A DNA stretch of 64,000 nt from an uncultured virus (IMG/VR IMGVR_UViG_3300044970_002808) (lineage: Duplodnaviria; Heunggongvirae; Uroviricota; Caudoviricetes). Location: IMG/VR virus record IMGVR_UViG_3300044970_002808, positions 1 to 64,000 of that record; one strand, given 5' to 3'. The first letter of the stretch is position 1, and every line of letters starts with the position of its first letter. Under the pieces are notes generated by a model that made no database searches, was not told the DNA's origin, and saw only the letters and a list, made by a program, of their open reading frames with translations. Shown here one piece after another: positions 26,053 to 36,043 of the stretch. Made by a program: the position numbers and the translations under genes.

Positions 26053-27942
26053 ATGCGATACCCTGAGAAAGTCCCGTTTAATCAGTTAGAAACTTATCAC
26101 CCCGATGTACTGGCTAAAAAATACATCTATGAGACTGCTGACGATTTGTTAGCGGGGGGTAATCAGATTAGGGAAAATCTGGAGAAATACCTCTGCAAAA
26201 AGCCAGATGAGGATGCAGAAGTCTATAAGTACCGCAAAAAGATTTTTACCTACACACCTATTTTAGGGCAATGTTTAGCCCAATTAATGAATCGGATGAC
26301 TGCTTCAAATCATGTTATTAATGGTTTGGGAACTCAAGGAGACGAGGGGAAGTTCTGGGCTAAATTTAGGGAATCCGTAAATGGAAATAACCAAAAAGAA
26401 AAGAACTTTATTAAAGAAGTATTTTACAGACTTTTGAAGTATGAACGAGTTTATGCAGTAATTGATATTGAATATACTGAGAACCTACCTAAAAACCGTA
26501 AGGAACAAGATGAACAAGGTTTAATGCCTTATATTGCCCTATATGACCCCTGTAAAGTAGTCCACTATGACGAAAAGGATGGACGGTTACAATGGATAAA
26601 AATTAGAGAGTTAATGACTGAATATGACCCAGTGGGTATCCCTAGAGTATACCTAAACTGGACTTTTATTGATGATAAAGAAATAAATATTTATTCGTGT
26701 CCAGTAGAATTAGCAAAAGATGGTACACCTAGTCCTGTCTTGGGTTTTGACTTAGAAACTAAAGAATACATGGTCAGTAAGAAATCAACTATTGAACATG
26801 GTAGAGATAGTATTCCGGTAGTTAAGATTCAAGCCCCAGAGAATCTATGGGTAGTCAAAGAAGCCATTTATTTGGTTCTAGAACACATCCGAGTTCACAA
26901 TAATCTTTCCTATACTGCTAATTTGGCTGGACAGATTCAAAGACTATTTACTCCGATGGCGGAAACTGTTGATAAAATGGTGGACATTGAAGAAGCCAAA
27001 CAACAAACTGGTAATCATAGAGTTTTGATTGGGTCAGGATTTAGCTTTAATGAGACTACTGGTTCAGCGATTTCCACTATTACAGGCTATTTACAAGGTA
27101 TTGAATCTAGAATCAAAGATTTAGTATTTAGTAACGGTATTTCTGCTGGTACTGATAGACCAATGCAAGAGTCTGGTGTGGCTAAAAGTATGGACTTTAT
27201 TAGCCAAGAACAAGCTTTGACCGCCTACGGTGAGGAATTGTTAAGATTCTTAGAGAACTGTTATAAGTTAGTAGCCTTAGCCCACGGTTTACCCCCTGAT
27301 AAAGCCGAAATGATTTCAGTTTCAGGGTTGAATGAGTTCGTTCTAGATTCTGTTGATGCTAAGGTAGACCGCCTTGCCCGATTGGAAAAACTAGAAACAC
27401 CAATCGCTGACACTGCGATGAGATTGGTAACTGAAGATTTACAACGAGCTTTAACTCCTAATGCTTCTATTGATGAACAAAATACTATTCAAAATGAAAC
27501 TAAGGAATCCTTCAAACCAGAAGAACATTTTGAACTATCTATGGAGGAATTAAGTTCTTTAGTTCTGAATCAGATTGTATCAGTTAAGACAGCACAAGAA
27601 TTGTTAGGATTTGACCCTGAAGCAGAATGGGAAAACATATCTGAACAAATGCGAAATATGCAAGAGATTCAGGCAGAAGCAGAACCAGAACCAGAACCAG
27701 AAGGTGAAGGTGAAGGTGAAGGTGAAACAGTAGCAGTTGACCTTGATATGCAAATCCAGGAAGTGGCAAGTGCTTTATCTATGGCCACTGATGCTACTGT
27801 AGTTGAGGTTCTAGACGGTGTAGGATATGTTGAGGGAGGAGATAACCTACAAGGGATTTTAGATACCTTAATGGCTGAATTATCGCAGAAGTTGGAAATC
27901 CCCCTAGAGGAGGTTAAATCTATGGTTTCGGAGATGGAATAA
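26053..27942 (+). CDS. portal protein
   Basis: follows terL; YLCKKPDED..YKYRK and QESGVAKSMD patterns; acidic C-terminal extension. Confidence 0.85.
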   Translation: MRYPEKVPFNQLETYHPDVLAKKYIYETADDLLAGGNQIRENLEKYLCKKPDEDAEVYKYRKKIFTYTPILGQCLAQLMNRMTASNHVINGLGTQGDEGKFWAKFRESVNGNNQKEKNFIKEVFYRLLKYERVYAVIDIEYTENLPKNRKEQDEQGLMPYIALYDPCKVVHYDEKDGRLQWIKIRELMTEYDPVGIPRVYLNWTFIDDKEINIYSCPVELAKDGTPSPVLGFDLETKEYMVSKKSTIEHGRDSIPVVKIQAPENLWVVKEAIYLVLEHIRVHNNLSYTANLAGQIQRLFTPMAETVDKMVDIEEAKQQTGNHRVLIGSGFSFNETTGSAISTITGYLQGIESRIKDLVFSNGISAGTDRPMQESGVAKSMDFISQEQALTAYGEELLRFLENCYKLVALAHGLPPDKAEMISVSGLNEFVLDSVDAKVDRLARLEKLETPIADTAMRLVTEDLQRALTPNASIDEQNTIQNETKESFKPEEHFELSMEELSSLVLNQIVSVKTAQELLGFDPEAEWENISEQMRNMQEIQAEAEPEPEPEGEGEGEGETVAVDLDMQIQEVASALSMATDATVVEVLDGVGYVEGGDNLQGILDTLMAELSQKLEIPLEEVKSMVSEME

Positions 27943-28037
27943 AGTTTTGCAAAACCCTTGACAAACTCTGATAGACCGTATAACATATAAACAGGGGTCA
28001 ATAACCCCTAAACAATTTAGACTTTGAGGTTATCCGT

Positions 28038-28202
28038 ATGTTGGCTTTAGGTTTCATCGCACTAACCCTTGTAGTATCTTGGCTGGTTTGGGAGAACTTG
28101 AATGTGATTTCCAGACTAATTTTGCTTAATTATATAGTCTATGGGGTTTTGGCATTAATTTGTGTAGCTACTACTATATGGCTATTTCAGATATTATTCT
28201 AG
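28038..28202 (+). CDS. 54-aa two-TM membrane protein (moron-like)
   Basis: GAGG RBS, TTGACA upstream at about 27958, strongly hydrophobic; absent from the ORF track. Confidence 0.55.
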   Translation: MLALGFIALTLVVSWLVWENLNVISRLILLNYIVYGVLALICVATTIWLFQILF

Positions 28203-28264
28203 TATCTGGGGTCTAGCCCATTAACACGCCCAAGCCCAAATTAGAGCTTGGGTTAAAACTTTTA

Positions 28265-30844
28265 ATGAAGAAACGAAATAATAAAAGAAAGGGGTCAGCA
28301 GTTCAAGACAAAGTAAAAACTGTAGGGGGGGCGTATAAACAAAAAGCCTTTGGGAAATTTAGTGTTTGGAGGACGTTTAAAGAATGGTTAGTCCTTCGTA
28401 ACGAGGACGGGACTTTTAGAGACAAAGGAGCCTCAAAAGCCTATACCTCCAAGTATAGTGAAAACACCAGTAAACCCCAGTCAAAAGGGAAAGCAAAAAA
28501 GAAGAATACAGATAACCCCGGTCAATTAAAGGACACAGTATTAGAAAAAGTATTAAAAAATAAATCCCAAGAACAAACCACAGAAACCAAGAAGACCCCC
28601 GAAGAAAAGACTGATGGGTTAGGAAAACAGGCTTCCAAATTCATAAAAAGTGGCTTAGGTTTATTGTCGGAAATTACCGCAGGAAGAACCAGTTTCATAG
28701 GAGATAGAGATAGAGCAAACCCAAGAGGCGGGGCAGATAGAGACCTTAAAGAAGCAATCCAAACCATTAGACAATTACAATTGGATTATGGGGAAACAGT
28801 TGTAAGGGAATTATTTAAAACCCATAACATAGCTCTAATGTCTGGGGTTAATAGAAATAAACTACTTAAAGAAACATTAAGATTACTGAAAAAATCTTAC
28901 CCTGAAGTGTTTAAGGGAGATACGCCCATTAGGAGCATGGAAGAAGTAAGAAAAAGGTTTGAGGAAGAAATCAAAGATACTACTTTTGATGAAGCTGTAT
29001 TGCGCTTATTGGGGAAAAGTAGTAGAATAAAAGGTTTTATTTCCCCCTTAAAGTGGGAAACCATACCTGAAAATTCTAAATTCACCAGACCCTACAAGAC
29101 CAGTGAAGATTTTGATAAAAAAGTCGAGGATAAAATCTCCACGTTTAGGAAAATGGTGAAAGATGGGATTTATGATTATGAGTTGGTATCTAGAGACAGC
29201 GAAATGAAATCTGCTATAAATACTTACCTCAGTGAATTAAACACAAGAATTGAGGAGAATATAGAAAAAACAGTAGAAATGCTGTATTTCAAAGCCATAA
29301 ACAGCGAACCTAAAAAGGATAAAGATGGTAACTTAGTACCAGTGGAAAGTAAAGAAGAAATTAGGGAAAGAGTTGAAAGAGCATCAGAAAATCTTATAAA
29401 TTATGTCTCAGGATTAAGTTCTAATTATGAGGAGTTCAAGGGGAGATTGGTTTTAGGGAATAACTTCTCAATACCACTGGAAGTATTAAGAAAGTTACCC
29501 TCCGTGGAACTATTGCAATTTTATGAACAGGTAAAATATGAAGTAGCTACAGAAAATACCTCATCTACCTTAAGGTTTCTGTCTATGGACTTGGAGTTAC
29601 AAGAAGTCTTAGACTATGGCGGGAAAAGATTAGGTGAGAAAAGCATATATGAGTTACACCATGTAGAACAATTTGCTTCCTTTGATAGAGATGGGAATCC
29701 TTATGTATCCATAGAAAGGACTCAAAAGAATACCAAGAAAGGTGAGGTAGTTGAGGAAAAGTTAAAAGCTGTAAGTAGGGAAGATTTTGATAATGTTGAA
29801 GTGGTTAGAAATGAGGATGGCAGTATAAGTCATTTCGTGAAGCAGTATTATGACCTGGATGCTAAAGGCAACCTAGTTAAAAAGGGTGAAACCATTATGG
29901 CGGAATTACCCTTAAGCTACTATGAAAAGGGGTGGGAAATCCTAGAAAAAGATGGTTTTATTTCTGGGTTTAGAGATAAAGAAACACAGGAAGAAGTTTC
30001 ATGGCGTAAAGCAATAGATGAAATGTCTCATACAAGCCAGACCTATTTGGATATACCAAATATTATACACCAGAGTAAAGGAGAGAACCCCATGTCTTCC
30101 TTGCTTCATCCCGTTGACCAATTCTTGATAACCCCAGAAAATGAATCATTAAGAGCTAAACTCTCAAGAACTAGAGAACTATCAGAAAGACTAGGATTAG
30201 ACCCTTCTATTGGTGGAAAAATCGATAACGGGTTAAAGAATGGCGTAATGGGAACTGGAAAGGGGGCTATTGAGTCTAGTGTACATGAAAAATTCAGGGA
30301 TGAACTCACAAAAGTCAGAAAAATGCAATTATTGGATACTCTCTCTAAGGCAGTAGATGAACTAAAGGGTAAACTACCCCCTGAAGATTTTGATAGATTA
30401 GACGCAGAAGGTATATATACCTACTACAATGGTGTTGTTTTAGCTGAACAGAACTTGCAACTGGGTTCGTTATCTGGTAAAATTAGGATAATGGAATCCA
30501 CCATTGAAAAAATAAAAGAGTTTTCAGACAGTGCTACCATTAAAAAAATGGAGGATTCCTTAGCTAAACTAAAAGAAACCTACTCTAAAGGCATTTTAAG
30601 TCGGGATAACTTGGAGGCTAGTCTAGAAGTCACAAGAGGGAAAATTCAGGATGAACTCAATCTCCGAAAAATTAGTGGGGGTTTCTTACTTAAAATCATT
30701 AAGAACCCTGAGCTATGGGGTCTACCCCCTGATGCTACCAAAAAACAGGTTCTCAATGCCATAGTGGGGGAGATACGCAATAGAAAGGGATTAGACAATT
30801 TCCCCAGTTTTAACGACAATATGGAGCTTATAGAAAATGATTGA
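28265..30844 (+). CDS. large basic protein with LHH-like nuclease motif
   Basis: YELHHVEQ..MAELP..IIH..LLHP; RNEDGTF N-terminal motif; late-type motif upstream. Confidence 0.55.
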   Translation: MKKRNNKRKGSAVQDKVKTVGGAYKQKAFGKFSVWRTFKEWLVLRNEDGTFRDKGASKAYTSKYSENTSKPQSKGKAKKKNTDNPGQLKDTVLEKVLKNKSQEQTTETKKTPEEKTDGLGKQASKFIKSGLGLLSEITAGRTSFIGDRDRANPRGGADRDLKEAIQTIRQLQLDYGETVVRELFKTHNIALMSGVNRNKLLKETLRLLKKSYPEVFKGDTPIRSMEEVRKRFEEEIKDTTFDEAVLRLLGKSSRIKGFISPLKWETIPENSKFTRPYKTSEDFDKKVEDKISTFRKMVKDGIYDYELVSRDSEMKSAINTYLSELNTRIEENIEKTVEMLYFKAINSEPKKDKDGNLVPVESKEEIRERVERASENLINYVSGLSSNYEEFKGRLVLGNNFSIPLEVLRKLPSVELLQFYEQVKYEVATENTSSTLRFLSMDLELQEVLDYGGKRLGEKSIYELHHVEQFASFDRDGNPYVSIERTQKNTKKGEVVEEKLKAVSREDFDNVEVVRNEDGSISHFVKQYYDLDAKGNLVKKGETIMAELPLSYYEKGWEILEKDGFISGFRDKETQEEVSWRKAIDEMSHTSQTYLDIPNIIHQSKGENPMSSLLHPVDQFLITPENESLRAKLSRTRELSERLGLDPSIGGKIDNGLKNGVMGTGKGAIESSVHEKFRDELTKVRKMQLLDTLSKAVDELKGKLPPEDFDRLDAEGIYTYYNGVVLAEQNLQLGSLSGKIRIMESTIEKIKEFSDSATIKKMEDSLAKLKETYSKGILSRDNLEASLEVTRGKIQDELNLRKISGGFLLKIIKNPELWGLPPDATKKQVLNAIVGEIRNRKGLDNFPSFNDNMELIEND

Positions 30845-31316
30845 TTTTGACTTGACCGAAAAAGAATTTGATGAAGATGCTTTTGATGATGTTTATGATG
30901 CTGTCCCCAGTGTCATAAAGTACCTAAAACTTGTCAAATCCCTTCCTGCTAACTTTTGGGATGAGGTCAAACCTTTAGACCCTGAGAAACCGTATGGGCG
31001 GGTTGAGGGCTATGCTCTAAATTGGTCTTTTAATAGAGCTAAACACAATACCCCCGATGCTTGGAGATTAATAAACGACAAAAACATTACCAGTGTAATG
31101 CCCTGGTCTATGGGTTTAGATGACCCCTTACAGGTTTATGATTGGGATGTCCGCAGGGGTTTAGCTTTTACTATTCATGAAAAATTTGAAGATGAATTTG
31201 ACCTTGAAGACTTTGTAATGCCCTTCATCCATCCCCTAGTGCTACCTAAAAACTATACCTTCTGGTTGGATATGAGGGAAGCAATTAAATTTGGCAGATT
31301 GGGAGACCAAGCCTAG
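30837..31316 (+). CDS. acidic protein, candidate immunity partner
   Basis: 8-nt overlap with the upstream gene; followed by a terminator. Confidence 0.55.
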   Translation: MIDFDLTEKEFDEDAFDDVYDAVPSVIKYLKLVKSLPANFWDEVKPLDPEKPYGRVEGYALNWSFNRAKHNTPDAWRLINDKNITSVMPWSMGLDDPLQVYDWDVRRGLAFTIHEKFEDEFDLEDFVMPFIHPLVLPKNYTFWLDMREAIKFGRLGDQA

Positions 31317-31323
31317 ATACTGC

Positions 31324-31348
31324 AAAACCCCAGTTAATGGGGTTTTTT
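31324..31348. terminator. bidirectional intrinsic terminator
   Basis: AAAACCCCA-GTTAA-TGGGGTTTTTT between convergent units. Confidence 0.75.
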
Positions 31349-31355
31349 GGAAAGA

Positions 31356-31427
31356 CTAAGCCTTTTTAGGTTTTAGGGGTTTGGGCTTAGGCATTTTGGG
31401 TTTCTTACAACCAGAACTTTTTTTCAT
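31356..31427 (-). CDS. 23-aa Lys/Pro-rich micro-protein
   Basis: MKKSSGCKKPKMPKPKPLKPKKA*, between two terminators with a late-type motif upstream. Confidence 0.5.
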   Translation of the reverse strand: MKKSSGCKKPKMPKPKPLKPKKA

Positions 31428-31529
31428 GCCAAGTTAAAATATAAAAGTTTCCTATTTTAGTTTGAGCGGTAAGAAATAAAAAACCCTTAGAACTCTAAGG
31501 GTTGCAATTAGCTCTAGACGGCTAAGTAT

Positions 31530-32168
31530 TTACGCAATCGAGGAGTCACCGTAGACCATGCGTACACCGCCAGCACCGGGTAAGCCCGTTATCGTTAGTT
31601 TTAATTCTTGCTGGCTTTGTAAACCAAAAACAAGCCGGCTACCGTTAATCGAAGTTAAAGCACCGTTGGGGAAAGTAATAACGGTATTTTCCCATGCTTT
31701 AAAAAGAGCAACGTCAGCATCAAAAGCGTCTTCAGCTAACTGAATCGTCGCATAAGTTTTACCGTTATAGGTAGTGGTAGTAGGAGCAGTAGTGCCAGGG
31801 TCAGCTACAATAGGGTAGGGTTTGATAACTACTTTTTGACCGGTGATAAGCTGACCAGCTTGGTCAGTTACTTCCGTTTTGGTCATAGTGTAGTTAACAG
31901 CGTTAACCGTGTCAGTAGCGGTTTCAAGGGGAGTGCCGAAAAGTAAAGCGATTTGAGCGGCATTAATTTCAGCAATCGAAAGTTCAAGCTTCGGCTCGAT
32001 ACCAGTCTTAATGTAGCCAACGGGTTTGGAGGAAATTTGGGATTTAAGTTGGAACTCATCCCGTTCAATCATGATAACCGCATCATTAAGCTGGTCATCA
32101 TTAGTCAAAGTAATCTTGGAAGCACCTTCACCGATTTCGATTAGCGCAGGGCCGGCACGTTTTGCCAT
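31530..32168 (-). CDS. major tail tube protein
   Basis: 212 aa, beta-rich, end of the head-tail block, late-type motif, GAGG RBS, terminator. Confidence 0.75.
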   Translation of the reverse strand: MAKRAGPALIEIGEGASKITLTNDDQLNDAVIMIERDEFQLKSQISSKPVGYIKTGIEPKLELSIAEINAAQIALLFGTPLETATDTVNAVNYTMTKTEVTDQAGQLITGQKVVIKPYPIVADPGTTAPTTTTYNGKTYATIQLAEDAFDADVALFKAWENTVITFPNGALTSINGSRLVFGLQSQQELKLTITGLPGAGGVRMVYGDSSIA

Positions 32169-32231
32169 TAAAGTAGCCTCAAATATAGAGATTTCAAGTA
32201 TGAAATTGGGCGTTATTGTCTGTTAAGGAAT

Positions 32232-32711
32232 TTATTCAACGATTGGCAAGCTTAAATTAATGCTCAACGGTTGGAAATTACGGTTCAGGGGTGGGGAGTC
32301 TCTAAGCAAAATCCGATAATCTACAGCCCCAGAGTAAATTTCTAAGGAAGGAGTAAACGTGGGGGGTAAACGTCTCTCACAAAACCAGTGAAAAGCCTGT
32401 TGATTGGGCATTAAAAGTTCAAAAGGACTACTGGAGTCTAAAGTAGAAATAAGTAGTTCTTGGACTTGTCTATTTCGGAAATAATCGATACTAAAGATGG
32501 CTAAAGAAACTAAAGGATGAAGTAATTCTCTGGTAATAATCTTACCTTCCACAGAATCGGAAATAGAACTAATACAGACAATTGTTTTATTTTGTGTGAG
32601 TTCTTTTTGGCTTCGAGGATAATTATTAGAAAAAGTAATCCCTGAAGAAGGGGGAAATTTGGAGGTTAGTAGGGTGAAAATAGCCGATTCTAGCTTAACA
32701 ATACTTAACAT
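32232..32711 (-). CDS. tail terminator/completion protein
   Basis: size and position before the tail tube gene. Confidence 0.5.
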   Translation of the reverse strand: MLSIVKLESAIFTLLTSKFPPSSGITFSNNYPRSQKELTQNKTIVCISSISDSVEGKIITRELLHPLVSLAIFSIDYFRNRQVQELLISTLDSSSPFELLMPNQQAFHWFCERRLPPTFTPSLEIYSGAVDYRILLRDSPPLNRNFQPLSINLSLPIVE

Positions 32712-32935
32712 TAAAAGCCTCCAATTTCCTTCTTAAGTTCATCTGAAAGGGGGCGCATTTTGGGGTCTAGGATTTCTTCCGGAATAGAAGTCTTGCTAGA
32801 AAGAAAGATAGTATCACTTGATACAGAAACAGTAACGCCCTCAGTTCTTTGGGCAACCATTTCGGCTTTTTCCAAGAGATTAACACGCACATCTTGTTTA
32901 AACCTATTAAGTTCTGAATTATTTCTTCTAATCAT
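32711..32935 (-). CDS. putative tail completion protein
   Basis: position and translational coupling. Confidence 0.4.
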   Translation of the reverse strand: MIRRNNSELNRFKQDVRVNLLEKAEMVAQRTEGVTVSVSSDTIFLSSKTSIPEEILDPKMRPLSDELKKEIGGF

Positions 32936-33359
32936 CGGCTAGTAACTCCTGAATCTGTGTCCAAGAATAAGGAACACCTTCATTAGAATTGACCGTAACT
33001 GGAGATAATGCCGATAGATTGTAATTAACTTCTTTTACAACAGCAGGAATAATGCGGACACCTTCAGACCAATTAATAAATGCGTAATCCCCAACTAAGA
33101 CCTCTGCATTAGGAATAGCCATTTTAAACCTGAAAATACCAGAAGCATTGGAGCTAAATTGAAGTCTTTCATGGATTGTACCATCCTTAAAAGATATTAA
33201 AGGGAAAGACCCTACTAAAAGGGGAGTGTTATCCGAACTCTCAAAGGGGTTAGAGGCAATACTCGAAGGACGGACAATGTGTACCACACCCGCCTGTAAA
33301 CTATCGACAATTTCTCTAACTACATCAACTAATCCTAAGTCATTTAAATTTAGACTCAT
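32928..33359 (-). CDS. putative head-closure/head-tail joining protein
   Basis: position, AGGAGG RBS, late-type motif. Confidence 0.45.
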   Translation of the reverse strand: MSLNLNDLGLVDVVREIVDSLQAGVVHIVRPSSIASNPFESSDNTPLLVGSFPLISFKDGTIHERLQFSSNASGIFRFKMAIPNAEVLVGDYAFINWSEGVRIIPAVVKEVNYNLSALSPVTVNSNEGVPYSWTQIQELLADD

Positions 33360-33399
33360 AAAAACCTCCTGCTGTCATCAGATTGGGCGTTATTGTCTG

Positions 33400-36042
33400 T
33401 TAACTCGCAGTTAAGTAGGAGTAATTACAGTCAAATGTTTTACCAGAGTCGGAAGGGTGAAAAAGGGCAATTCCTGTGGTGATGTTGAAAGAAACTAAAC
33501 CACCTGAAGGAGGAGTAGCACCATTAAAAAGTAGATTAGAATTAGGGACGGATACACCACCAAGAAATACAGAAGTAGTACCCACTAGACCGGTAAAATT
33601 TGAATTTGCAGAAGCGGGTAAAGCTAGACTATAGGGGGGTGAGGATGGGACAGTTAAATTTGCTACACTGGCTTGTGAGGTTACACTAGAGGTAGTTAGT
33701 GTAACAGAGCTATCAACATAGCGAGCATTATCACCTAAAACCCCGTAACAAACTGGAATTGTATAGAAATCAGTGGTTGTAAAAGCAGTACCCGTCACAC
33801 CGTTTTCAAATCTGACAGAAAGACCGTCTAAAATGGCTTGAGAGTCACTATGGGAAGTTTTTGAGCCATTGTGACCTTTAACCCAGGCAGAACCGTCCCA
33901 ACCCCAATTTTCCCACTCATAAGAACAAGTATAAACATTTCCAAAAGAAAAGACTAAATTTCTCCCTAAGTAGACAATACTACCAGGGATTAAAGATTGA
34001 GCAGAGGGGTAGTCAGGGTTCCCAGCCTCTACTCTTACAATAGAGCCATTTTTTAGTGAATTATAGCCGCCTTGAGAATAGGCACTAGAATAGTAAGTGT
34101 TATTTTCATCAAAAAACCCAAAAACAGGGATATTGCTTACGGTATGGGTAAAAACATTACTCAAAACAGTATTGTTAGTAGAACCAAATGTAAAAGTTCT
34201 TAAACTTGATGAACTGGAAATTACTATCCAAAAATCACCAAAAGTTGAGCATTGGATAGTATTTTCTAAGTCGTATAAGCCAGAAGAAGAAAAAGCGTTA
34301 ATGGCATTGCCATTAGCAATAGCCCGTGACCACCAAATGATTCTACGGTCAGAACCATTAGTTAGGTAAAGAGCTAATTCCCCATTAGGACGATTAGCTG
34401 ATTTACAACCAACAATAGATTTAGCACTAAAGAAACCTAAATCAGTAATCCAAGTGGAAGAAGGAGTGAATAGAGTACCCCAGTTGTCGGAGCATCTAAA
34501 GCCGTTAGATACGACAGCCACAAGAATTAAACCAGTTTGGTGGTAAATACTGGTAACTCCGTGAGTGGGTTCATTCAAGATTAGAACTACAGAATTGTTA
34601 CCCCCAGCAGGGTTTATTCTCCAAAGTCCAGTGTTAGAGCAAGCAACGTAGATAAAACCATTATCAACTTCTACTTGTTTAATATTTGTAACTGGTAGAT
34701 TAGCGTTAGAAACTGTTATATCATTATTGGCATCAAAAACTTTATATTCCCCATTAAAAATGTCTATCAAAACTAAACCTGTAGCATCCCAACGTATTAG
34801 TTGACGCTCTGAGAAAGCTTTATAGTTTAAGAAATCTTGATGACCGTGTGAGTCAGGAAATGGGGTAGAATTATTACCCCTTGAGAGATGGGGTGGGGTG
34901 TCAATAATTTGCCCCCAAGAGTTCCCGTTGTAGTGGGTAAATCTTTGACGTTCTAACTTATAAGTTGCTGAACCCACATTGCCAGAATCCACAATGCGAA
35001 CACGGTACATATCAGGGTAGATACCCGTCCAAGAACCAGAAGGAATAATTTTACCAGTCCCGTTAGCACTCCATGAAGCATCGTAGAAAGCAGAAGGTGC
35101 GCCATTTCTTTTACCCCACGAAGTTTGAATAGGGGTACGGTTAGGGTCGGCAAATTTAAAGGCAGAAACACATCGATTGTTATTACTGGGGATAACTCCG
35201 AAAGCTAGAGAATTAATAACTCTACCAGTAAAAGCGTCTAAACCTACAGATGTACCACCAAAAGAGAAACTAGGGTTGGAGGATGTGCTGTTATTAATTC
35301 TCCAATTAGCTAAACCAGAACTCCCATTTTGGATAGGTTGCGCTGAAATGTTATTGGAGTTTCCTATGGCAAAAAAATTGTACTTGTCAGGGTTAGGGAC
35401 ACTGGTAAAACTAGGAGTTTGCTGGGGTCTTCCCGCAACACCGTCCCCAATTAATGAATCAATAAATTCAAAGCCAAATAAACGTCTCCCTAAGTGTCTT
35501 ACTAAATCTCCCCCTAGTGGTAAGCCAAAACCAGGGGTATTAATAAAATAGACCCGGTAAAAGATGTCTATGGTCTCGAAGGGGGCTTGAGTTACAGGAG
35601 AATCGAGTCTAGCATAGGCGTATGCGTTAGCCGTCGTAAAACCAACACCCGCCGCACCCGAACCCTTATCTACTATTGCCACAGTTTGAAAAGTGCGACT
35701 ACTCCCAGTAAAGGGTAATCTCCCCCTTAACTCACCGTACATTGGTGTAGCCCCCATAGCTTCTACCCAGGTTTTTTCGGTAGCTCCGGAGGGAATTTGG
35801 CACTCATCAATAATGCCTGGAACAGATATGGTGTTCTGGTTTGGGGTAGCAGTGGAAGTAGAGATTACAATATTTTTAGGGTCAGAAAATGGGTCTTTTT
35901 TTAGACCTGAAACAGACCCATCCAAGTTAAGAGTTGCCTGATACCCCCGTTGAGTAAAAGTATTATTTTTTATAATTTCTTCTTGTTTACCCGTTTTAGT
36001 GTCTGTAATAACAAGTTTTACTTCCCCAATAGCTTTTAACAT
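33400..36042 (-). CDS. tail fibre/receptor-binding protein
   Basis: 880 aa, S/N/G-rich, propeller-like repeats, end of the tail-tip operon. Confidence 0.6.
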   Translation of the reverse strand: MLKAIGEVKLVITDTKTGKQEEIIKNNTFTQRGYQATLNLDGSVSGLKKDPFSDPKNIVISTSTATPNQNTISVPGIIDECQIPSGATEKTWVEAMGATPMYGELRGRLPFTGSSRTFQTVAIVDKGSGAAGVGFTTANAYAYARLDSPVTQAPFETIDIFYRVYFINTPGFGLPLGGDLVRHLGRRLFGFEFIDSLIGDGVAGRPQQTPSFTSVPNPDKYNFFAIGNSNNISAQPIQNGSSGLANWRINNSTSSNPSFSFGGTSVGLDAFTGRVINSLAFGVIPSNNNRCVSAFKFADPNRTPIQTSWGKRNGAPSAFYDASWSANGTGKIIPSGSWTGIYPDMYRVRIVDSGNVGSATYKLERQRFTHYNGNSWGQIIDTPPHLSRGNNSTPFPDSHGHQDFLNYKAFSERQLIRWDATGLVLIDIFNGEYKVFDANNDITVSNANLPVTNIKQVEVDNGFIYVACSNTGLWRINPAGGNNSVVLILNEPTHGVTSIYHQTGLILVAVVSNGFRCSDNWGTLFTPSSTWITDLGFFSAKSIVGCKSANRPNGELALYLTNGSDRRIIWWSRAIANGNAINAFSSSGLYDLENTIQCSTFGDFWIVISSSSSLRTFTFGSTNNTVLSNVFTHTVSNIPVFGFFDENNTYYSSAYSQGGYNSLKNGSIVRVEAGNPDYPSAQSLIPGSIVYLGRNLVFSFGNVYTCSYEWENWGWDGSAWVKGHNGSKTSHSDSQAILDGLSVRFENGVTGTAFTTTDFYTIPVCYGVLGDNARYVDSSVTLTTSSVTSQASVANLTVPSSPPYSLALPASANSNFTGLVGTTSVFLGGVSVPNSNLLFNGATPPSGGLVSFNITTGIALFHPSDSGKTFDCNYSYLTAS

Positions 36043-36043
36043 A

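Noticed and set aside
27676..27726. EPEPEP/EGEGEG hexamer repeats in the portal gene
   Set aside because: Ordinary low-complexity linker.
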